Part shown: positions 55,001-64,000 of the stretch, piece by piece
Position numbering within the stretch: the stretch's first letter is position 1
Layout of the letters: every line of letters starts with the position of its first letter
Source: Mobula hypostoma
Lineage: Eukaryota
Assembly (NCBI RefSeq): GCF_963921235.1
Contig: NC_086097.1
Location: 228,286,001 to 228,350,000, forward strand
Direction: 5' to 3'
Length of the DNA: 64,000 nt
The notes under the pieces: model-generated
What the model was told of the DNA's origin: nothing
Seen by the model: the letters and a program-made list of their open reading frames with translations, nothing else
Database searches by the model: none
Position numbers and translations under genes: made by a program

Positions 55001-56210
55001 GTCTCCAAGCTTTCTCTATTTGTGAGCCAACCACGTCTTCCCCAGTCTCTTCAGTTTGGTCCCCACCCCCCAGCAATCCTAGTTTAAACTCCCCCAGTAG
55101 CCTTAGCAAACCTCCCCTGGGATTCAAGTACAACCCATCCTTTTTGTACAGGTCACTTCTGCCCCAAAAGAGGTCCCAATGATCCAGAAATCTGAATCCC
55201 TGCTCCCGCTCCAATCCCTCAGCCACGCATTTATCCTCCACTTCACTCTATTCCTATACTCTCCTGCGTGGCACAGGCAAAAGTCCTGAGATGACTACCT
55301 TTGTGGTCCTGCTTCTCATCTTCCTTCCTAACTCCCTGTAGTCTGCTTTCAGGACCAAATCCCTTTACCTGCCTCTGTCATTGGTTCCAATATATACCAG
55401 GACCTCTGGCTGTTCTCCTTCCCACTTCAGGATATCTTGGACACGATCAGAAACATCCCAGACCCTGGCACCTGGGAGGCAAATACTATCCGTGCTTCTT
55501 TCCTGCGTCCACAAAATCTCCTGTCTGACCTCCTAACTATAGTCCCTGTCACTGCTGCCATCCTCTTCCTTTCCATACCCTCCTGAGCCAGAGGACCAGA
55601 CTCTCTGCCAGAGGTGCAGCCACTGTTGCTTCCCCCTGGTAGGCCGTTTCCCCAGTAATCAAGTAGGAGTACTTGTTGTCAAGGGATGCAGCCACAGGGG
55701 TGCTCTCTAGTCTCTGACTCCTGCCCTTCTCTCTCCTGACTGTTACCCACTTATCTGTCTCCCCAGGCCCTGTTGTGACTACCTGACTATAGCTCTTCTC
55801 TATCACCTCCTCACTCTCCCTGACCAGATAAAGGTTATCAAGCTGCATCTCCAGTTCCCTAACACAATCCCTAAGGAGCTGCAGCTCGACACACCTGTCG
55901 CAGGTGTGGTCATCCGGGAGGCTGGGAGTCTCCCGGACCTCCCACATCTGACACCGAGCACAGAAAACCGGCCTCATACAAGTACTTCCTGTCTGTGTTC
56001 TACTCAGGCAACCTCACCTCGACCCATTATCACCGAAGCCCCGTTGAGCCAAAGCCTTCCTGCACTGTCTCCCTCTACTCTGTCGCCCACTCTATAAGAT
56101 GTCTTCATTTAAACTCTTCTCGCTGTTCTCACTGGCTGACATCCATGCGCTTGCGCAATCATGCCCTGATCAAACCGCTTAAGAAATAACCCTCAAACCG
56201 CTAAAGAAAT
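52065..56210 (-). mobile_element. Near full-length CR1 LINE, decayed
   Basis: ORF1 zinc finger (55549..55977) plus esterase remnants (DHWDLFWGR..DGL). ORF2 APE/RT pieces 54793-52203. (AAT)n at ~52280-52301. Confidence 0.92.
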
Positions 56211-56809
56211 AACCATAAGAATTAAACATAATTTCTCTTGTGAGATGATAATGAGCAATGGAATTAGCTGCTATATGGGCAGTAGAGACAATGGGATGAA
56301 TTTAAATTGAGCTTTTTATTATCTTTATCAAATCCATTTTGCTCTTCATCTTTACTGCCTATGTGTAGTCTCTGCTGTGTTATCTTGGTATGCCCATTGT
56401 TTTGGTTGCTGAGGTGGTAGCATCAACCTTGTGTACCAGCTGTAGCTCTTGCTGATTGACGTTGTACACCTGGTACTACTTGGTCTAAATAGCACATGAC
56501 CAATCTGTCCCATCATGATATTTTTCCTAAGACACCCCTTGGGCTTGTTGATTCTTCACTTTAAATACCGGTTCCCTGAGCTAGAAAACTTAGTATTAAA
56601 TGCAACAATATCACTAGATTTTCTGCTTGCATATAGAAATTGCACTCAAAATGCTCCAAAGGTCAAACAACAGTTGTGGAGAAAGAAATAACATTTCAGG
56701 TCAGTGCTCTAACTTCATGAAAGGTCGTCAACATAAAATGTTAACACCATCGCTCTCCATTAATGCTACCTAATTTGCTGAGTATATTCGGCATATTTTT
56801 TGTTTGATT

Positions 56810-58545
56810 ATAGAACATGATGCAGTACAGCACCCGAACAGGCCATTTGGCCCACAATGTTGTGCTGAGCCAAGTAAATTAGTAATCAAATGGCCAACTA
56901 AACTAATCATTTCTGCCTACATGGTGTATCTCTCCCTCCAATTTCCTTATATTCATGTGCCTATCTGAATGGCTCTTAAAAGTCCTTAATGTATCTGTCT
57001 CTACCACTACCCCAGGTAATGCATTCCAGTTACCCACCACTCTCTATGCAAAAAAATAACCTGCCCCTCTTACCTTAAATGCATGCCTTCTGGTATTGAA
57101 CCTTTCAGCTCCAGGGGAGAATAGATTCTGTCTGTTTATTCTGTGCCTCTCATAATGTTGTAAACCTCTATCAGACCTCACTTCAGCTTCTGCCTTTCCA
57201 GAGAAATCAACCTGTTTCTCCAACCTCTCGTTATAGCACAAGCCCTCTAGTCCAGGCAGCATCCTGGTGAACCCCTTCCGCTCCCTCTCCATTCTCTTTA
57301 TAAAGGGTGACCAGTTGGTATGCAATACTCTAGATGTGGCCTAACTAGAGTTTTATAACGCTGTAACATAACTTCCTGGCTTTTGAACTCCGTGACTCAA
57401 CCAATGAAGGCAAGAATGTCATATGCTTTCTTAACAACCCCATCAACCTTTCAAGAGAGCTATGAACTTGGACCCCAAGATCATCTGTTCATCAATATTG
57501 TTAAGGGTCTTGCCCTTAACAGCGTACTATTTCTTTACATTTGACCTACCAAGGTGCAACACTTGATATTTGGCCAGGTTAAACTCCATCTGCAACTGAT
57601 TTATATCCCGTTGTTTTCTTTGCCAGTCATCTGTGTTATCCACAACACCATCAATCTTTGAATCATCTGCAGACTTACTAACCCACCCACTTTCATCCAG
57701 GTCATTTATATACATTTTAAACAGCAGAGGTCCCAGTAGTGAAGAAGGGTCTCGACCTGAAACGTTGATTTTACTCTTTTCCATAGATACTGCTAGGCCT
57801 GCTGAGTTTCTCCAGTATTCTGTGCATGTTGTTTTGATGTCCCAGTACAGATTCGTGTGGAACACCACTAATCACAGTCTGCAGCTAGAATAAGTCCCTT
57901 CGACTACTATCCTCTGTCATGTATGGGCAAGACAGTTCTGAATCCAAACAGCCAGTTCACCATGGATCGCATGCATTTAATCTTCTGAATGAGCTGCCCA
58001 TGAGGGACATTACTAAAATCCATGTAGACAACATCCACAGCTCCACCTTCATCATCATCCTTGTCACCTAATCAAAAAACTTCAAGTTAGTAAGACACAA
58101 CTTGCCCTGCACAAAGCTGTGCTGGTTCTCCCTAATTAGGTCATCGTTTTCCAAATGTTCGTAAATGCTATCCCTAAGAATTCTCTCCAGTAAAAGTTCC
58201 CTATCACTGGCATGAGATGCTGGTCTATTGTTTCCAGGATTATCTTTAGTTGCCTTCTTGAACATGGAACATTAGCTATTTGGCAGTCCTCTGGGGCCTC
58301 ATCTATGATTAAAAGGGACACAAAGATAGTGATCAAGGCCCAAGCAATCTTTTCAACTTGCCTCTCTCAAACCTAAGGTATATCGCATCAGTCCCCGGGA
58401 ACATCCACCTTAATGCTCTTTAAGAGATGCCTCCTCCTTATTTCAAAATGCTCTAGCATATTAATACTCTTGGCACTGAAATCCTTATCCTCCACATTCT
58501 TCTCCTTGATAAATACAGTGCTGATATAAAGTACACATCCTCCAC
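56810..58545 (-). mobile_element. CR1 RT fragment, degenerate
   Basis: ORFs 57044-58336(-) with LLGPLLFKMYINDL..SADD. Confidence 0.85.
57739..57838 (+). mobile_element. 100-bp Penelope terminal insertion with TSD
   Basis: 9-bp TSD GTCCCAGTA at 57730-57738 and 57839-57847. The sequence matches the pLTR end. Confidence 0.8.
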
Positions 58546-58891
58546 TAGGTGGAGTACCATTGTATATGAAACTACAGAGTTTTTAAATTAAAGCAGTGTT
58601 TAAGTTGTACAAGACCTGGTGTTGCAGTTGTAATAGGGATGTGAAATTAGAAATGTAAAAGAAAACTAAATATTTTCTTTTGCAGTAGAAAAAAAATTGG
58701 TAATCTGATACTTTTAAAATTATGAAGTTGTAATTTGTAAGTATTTAAGGTGATTGTTTCCAGTTGTCAGCATGATAACTCAGAATGCAAGTTTAAAAAA
58801 GAGAAAATTAATCCAAACATGAGGAATTCTGCAATCCAAGTAATTTTAAAGGCGTTTGAATTCTTTGTACAAACCATAATTGAAATGCAGC

Positions 58892-59232
58892 CAATGCTCC
58901 CTCTAAGGTGTGTGCATGCACTCATCTTTTGCTGCTAGAGCACAAAGGAATTTAAGCTGCGCACAATAGATGGTCACTCTCTACCTCGTTGGCATGTAAA
59001 TTATATTTCATGATCGTACACAATCACATTTCCTTTTCTGGTTTCTGATGTGGACGGTATTAACAATGAGGAGTTTGTGATGATATGTCTGCAGATTTTA
59101 GAACTGGCTTATTTATACTTTTTTTTATTGAAGAGGTTATTCAGTGCGCTCATCTTGTTGTCTCTGGGCGAAAAAATTGCACAGCACAAGATTTTTGTGC
59201 ACACTGGTCATTACAAATTAAAGGGAACATTG
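58892..59232. mobile_element. hAT-type MITE
   Basis: TIRs CAATGCTCCCTCTAA / TTAAAGGGAACATTG. Degenerate 8-bp TSD AATGCAGC / AGTACAGC. Confidence 0.7.
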
Positions 59233-59259
59233 AGTACAGCCGATACATTCTTTTTAGAT

Positions 59260-59690
59260 GCAAACAACAGGAATTCTGCAGATGCTGGAAATTCAAGCAA
59301 CATACATCAAAGTTGCTGGTGAACGCAGCAGGCCAGGCAGCATCTATAGGAAGAGGCGCAGTCGACGTTTCAGGCCGAGACCCTTCGTCAGGACTAACTG
59401 AAGGAAGAGTGAGTAAGGGATTTGAAAGCTGGAGGGGGAGAGGGAGATGCAAAATGATAGGAGAAGACAGGAGGGGGAGGGATGGAGCCGAGAGCTGGAC
59501 AGGTGATAGGCAGAAGGGGATACGAGAGGATCATGGGACAGGAGGTCCGGGAAGAAAGACGGGGGGGGGTGACCCAGAGGATGGGCAAGAGGTATATTCA
59601 GAGGGACAGAGGGAGAAAAAGGAGAGTGAGAGAAAGAATGTGTGCATAAAAAAGAGTAACAGATGGGGTACGAGGGGGAGGTGGGGCCTA
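59260..59690 (-). mobile_element. Penelope-like pLTR/3' fragment
   Basis: Reverse complement is nearly identical to 42705-43135. Confidence 0.88.
59360..59395 (-). ncRNA. Minimal type I hammerhead ribozyme motif (Penelope-associated), intact core
   Basis: AGTC-CTGACGA-AGG gtctcgg CCT-GAAA-CGTC-GACT: stem I AGTC/GACT, stem II AGG/CCT, GUC cleavage triplet, palindromic ACGT in place of stem III. Confidence 0.7.
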
Positions 59691-60944
59691 GGTTACATGG
59701 TCAGCACAACATTGTGGGCTGAAGGGCCTGTAAGGTGCTGTAGATATCTACGTTCTATATGGTGATTGTAAAGAAAGAATCAATAAAAGGTATAGAAAGA
59801 GTGTAGCCAATAAGACAAATTAAGAAAAATTCTGTTGCAGCCATTGGGTGGTATTTTTTATTTATTTAATCACCAGGTATCTATATCTTTATTTTTAAGG
59901 TTACACATACAATATTTCTGATACTGGAGACTTTTCAATAGTAATACAAGTCACAAATCAGGCATTATGTAATAAAATGCAATAGTTCCAATTACCATAG
60001 CTCCAGAAAAACATTTAATATTGCACTGAGGTGACATTTATGCTGAGCAAGATTTTAAGAAAAATCATTAAACTGGTTTTTGTATTGAACGGCGAGAGTG
60101 AATATGATTGGGGTTAGACAAGAATGTCACGCTGCAGCTATGGATAATTATTTTTCCCGGACAATTACAACCCTACTTTTGAAGAGCCTAAAGACATTAC
60201 TATTGAATTTGAACAATTCTTTGAGATCAATGGTACTGATTTAAGATTATTTTACACTGAAGAAAAATGATAGGCTATCAAAATAAATGTCACCACACTG
60301 TAATTGTTTAAGTATAGGATGTTGAATTGTTTTGTCTTGGAAGCGCAGCTCAAACAGAGCTGGGAGTGATACCAAGGTGTCAGCTAGTTGAAGATTAACT
60401 GAACTACTGAAGAAATCTCTGGAGTGAAATTTTATGTTTAAGTACAGTGAACAGGTATGTACAAGTGAAAAATGTTATTTATGTGCAGCCAAAAGGAATC
60501 ACTGCCCATGGATCCAAAGCATAATTTTTTTTAAAATTAAATCATGCAGGTGTATAGACAGTGAGCTTAAATAGTGTCTGAGCTGAACAGGGGTGGATAG
60601 AGGAAAGTACAGTGATTAAAGAAATCTAGGTTTTTAAAGAAGGAAAAAGAATACTGGTTTTAATAAACCAGAGACCCAATATATCAGCAGCTTTTAATTG
60701 TTCAAAATTTAGTGACTGATAGAAAATACAAGTTTAATCAGCAGAAAACAGATGTACAAATTGTGCTTGGATTTAAAATTCATGCCCCATTATGGCCTTA
60801 AAACTAAACTTGGTCCTCCTGCCACCTACTGGAACATAAAACAATCTGCGAGTAGACCTCAGTGGGTCAGGCAGCATCTGTTGAGGGGAATATTCAATCA
60901 CTGTTTCAGGTTGAGATCATTACATCTGCAGGGATCGTTCGGTT

Positions 60945-61820
60945 AAACAAATGCAGTTTGCGGACGACACATAGACTAATCATCAGAGGCAACGAAGCTA
61001 AGAACCACCAGAATATAAACAAGCCAGTGTCCTAGTGCAATCCCAACAACAGTAAACATTTAGACTTCAGGAGAAATCTGTCTCTTCTCCCACGCATTCA
61101 TCATAAATGCTTTACAGTTAGCACCACTTCAACATTCAGGTTCCCGGGCATCATTATTTCATAGGACCTCGTGAGAACTCTATCTCCTTCATAATAAAAA
61201 GGCTCAGCAGGGGATATACTTCTTGCAACAGCTGGTAAAATTCCATCTTCCCCAGAACATCCTGGTGCAATTCTGCACTGCTATCATAGACAGCGTCTTC
61301 ACATCAGCCATTACTAGTCACATTTGGTGCAGCATCCTCTTGCAATATACAAAAACTACAGTGAACTGTCAGGTCAGCAGAAAAGTCACTGGCTGTAGTC
61401 TGTATTAACTGCAGGGCTTGCATGTGCCCAGGACAAAATAGCAGGTAGAAAAAATCATTGTGGATATTCCCAACCTGCAAACTGTATTATCCAAAAGCTC
61501 CCTTCTAAAAAGGGAAACTTAAACAAAAACGTCTTGACATCTTAAAAGTTTCTTTCCCAAGGCAGTTTGACTCTTCATGTTAGCTACCTTGCCCACCCCT
61601 CCACACTCCTCTCTATAATCTCAGTTATGCAATACATAGTAAATATTTTAAATCACTTGTTATAATGCTGTTTACATTGTAAATACATGCTAATATTTAT
61701 GTACATTTTATTCCATATCCATCCTTTAACTTATTTTTATATAAATCTCTATATTTGTTGAATTTTTTTGTTGCACCAACACACCACAATAAATTCCTAA
61801 TATATGTAACTGTATATGGC
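60945..61820 (+). mobile_element. Rex1/Babar-type LINE 3' fragment, degenerate
   Basis: QFADD (cagtttgcggacgac) and KAQQGIYFLQQL remnants, typical 3' tail. Confidence 0.65.
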
Positions 61821-62842
61821 ACCTGTCATGCTTGTTGGATGAGAATTGTCCCAGGTCATTTCTGGAGAGGGCAGTGCATACCTGGAGTTTGGCTTTATTT
61901 TGCTTGTTCTGCATTTCTGTTCCACTCAACCTATCACTCCCAATTTCACAAGATATACTTTATAATGTAGAGAAATATATTGGATTTCATAACAATATTT
62001 AGTTTTAGGAAGAGGCTGATTCCTGCATTTTTGCACCTCTGGTACCTTATATTGAGGTGTCACCTATTACATTCATTGTTCAATATTAGCCTGCATTTTG
62101 GCATTTGCCACTTTTGCTCAAAAGGAGATTTTTCAAACACGTGTTTGGGGAATTGTGTGCACACGTCATCTATTGATTAATAATGATTTACATTTGGTGT
62201 CAAACATCACTACAACTATCAACGGGTTAACCTTCTGAATAATTGTCCCATGTATCACTAGTGGTAATGTATGTGTCTGTGTTTCAGGTGATCACTTTTA
62301 TTCTAATATTACATATTTTTGTTGAAAAGTAGAACTATTGTAATATGGTTTAATCTAAACTGGGAGTTTCATGACCTAGGATAATGTGCAAAATATAGTG
62401 AGAATTAGAAGACAGGAATCAGAAGCATTGTGAGTACTGCTTTAACAGCAAGCCTTATGTTAGTGGAAAAAAATATGCTGGAAATCTGTTTTTGTCTTTA
62501 AATGCATTTTTACTCTTCAACTGGTGTTATGACTTTACTTTTTTTATAGATAAAAGTCTTGATCATTGCTTCATTCTTGCAAGAATTCTGCTGAACTGTT
62601 ATTTTTAATTAATAAACCTTAAATTTTGTTCAATTAACATAAAACTTTTTTTAAACAGCTGTACATTTTTCATTGAAATTTCATTTTAAAATGTGGTATT
62701 CCCAAATTAATTGTATAATATGCATTTTAATTTTTGTAAATGTTTCTATCCATTGAAATTTTATTCTGGTATCATGTGCATTTTTATATTTTAAGCAGTC
62801 AATAAATTGCATGCTTAACCGAATTTTGTGTTCTTTTGTATC

Positions 62843-63069
62843 TGTGGTAAACCATATATATGTTGTAACTGGGTTAACTGTCTGGACACGCCCCTCTGCT
62901 GACTGCCCCTGTGGCTCCTCCCACAGACCTGTATAAAGGTTTTTCACCTTGCCCCTCCCCCTCAGTCCGGGGGGCAGACACTCACCATGGAGGTCGTATT
63001 GTACAATGAATAAAAGCCTTTCAGTATTTTACCCAACCTCAGTCTTTTGGAGTTATTGAAGGTGCTTCA
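62843..63069 (+). mobile_element. Solo LTR (227 bp)
   Basis: TG...CA ends. 5-bp TSD GTATC at 62838-62842 and 63070-63074. TATAAA at 62932 and AATAAA at 63009. Confidence 0.8.
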
Positions 63070-63119
63070 GTATCTGATTGTTTTATTAAGAAAGAAAACA
63101 GGATGTTCTTGGATAAGAA

Positions 63120-63800
63120 TGTAATTGGCATCATTAGTTTGCAGGTGACACCAAAATAGGTGGTATATTGGACAGTGACAAAGGTTACGCAAGATTACAG
63201 TTAGATCTAGGTCAACTCGGGAAATTCACCAAAGAATGGCAAATAGAATTTAACTCAGATAAGTGCAAGGTGTTGCACTGTGTCTCTTCTGGTCATTAAA
63301 CTGGAAAGATATGGAAAAGGATCATAAAGATGTTATCAGAACTGGAGAGCTTGAGTCTGGATAGATTGGGATATTTTTCTCTGGACGCTGAGGGATGACC
63401 TTACAGAGATGTAAAATCATGAGGGGCGTGGATAAGATGAGAGGACACAGTCTTTTTCCAGGGTAGGGGAGTCTAACACTATAGGCTATTGGCTTATGAT
63501 GAGAGGAGAAAGATTTAAAAGGGACCTGTGGGGCAATCTTTTGACACAGAGGCAGATGGGTATATGGAGTGAGCTACTAGAGGAACATATTGAGGCAGGT
63601 ACATGTAAAAGACATTTAGATTGGTACATAGATAGGAAAGGCTTAGAGCAGGGGTTCCCAACCTGAAGTCTATGAACCCCTTCCTTAATGGTATTGGTCC
63701 ATGGCATAAAAAAGGTTGGGAACCTCTAGTTTGGAGGGATTTGTGGCGAGCACAAATAGGACCAGCTCGGGTAGACAACTGTTGGCACAGACAAATTGGA
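63120..63800 (+). mobile_element. Degenerate CR1 3' fragment
   Basis: FAGDTKIGG and ..EFNSDKCKVLH remnants. Confidence 0.7.
63649..63728. mobile_element. 80-bp hAT/Buster-type MITE
   Basis: TIRs CAGGGGTTCCCAACC / GGTTGGGAACCTCTA. Degenerate 8-bp TSD GCTTAGAG / GTTTGGAG. Confidence 0.75.
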
Positions 63801-64000
63801 CCAGATTAATGAGAACATTCTCTGAATGGGAGTGTTAAGCATTTCCTACCAATCTGCACTGACTTAAGTTTTCCCACAACAGTTGGATATTGATTTGAGA
63901 TTGATGCAAAGGCAGAAGTAAGAAATTCAATGTATCGACATTAAGTCAATAGGCAAAATTGGATAATAAGTTTCAGTATGATTTAGGAGTTCTGCAGATG

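Noticed and set aside
56170..56215. Tandem aaaccgct(t/a)aagaaataacc duplication as an array
   Set aside because: Only two units at a CR1 5' junction; no CRISPR-like or satellite structure.
62085..62175. Minus-strand MTCAHNSPNTCLKNLLLSKSGKCQNA as a possible IL7 small exon
   Set aside because: Weak acceptor, no GT donor in phase, and similarity too low to support.

Overview
Eukaryotic (vertebrate) genomic DNA. The repeat content suggests a cartilaginous fish such as a ray or shark, which is inference only. The one host gene I can support is ZC2HC1A (FAM164A/C8orf70, C2HC zinc finger 1A) on the + strand. It has seven GT-AG coding exons between 2151 and 45725 that splice in phase into 301 aa plus stop; the N-terminal exon(s) lie upstream of the window. 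Nearly all long ORFs in the track are transposon fragments or their antisense shadows. These include many CR1 LINEs (two near full length with esterase ORF1), a TSD-bounded L1-clade LINE, Rex1/Babar-type LINE pieces, Penelope-like elements carrying minimal hammerhead ribozyme motifs, a Tc1, a hAT/Buster element, several MITEs, tRNA- and Deu-type SINEs and a solo LTR, often nested. The most interesting leads are: an IL-7 helix-D-like peptide on the - strand just downstream of ZC2HC1A, where synteny predicts IL7; the Penelope hammerheads and a TSD-bounded ~1.2 kb Penelope hairpin; long inverted CR1 copies flanking three exons; and a CR1 insertion that replaced part of an L1. I found no convincing wholly new system. 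Boundaries of TE fragments without TSDs are approximate.
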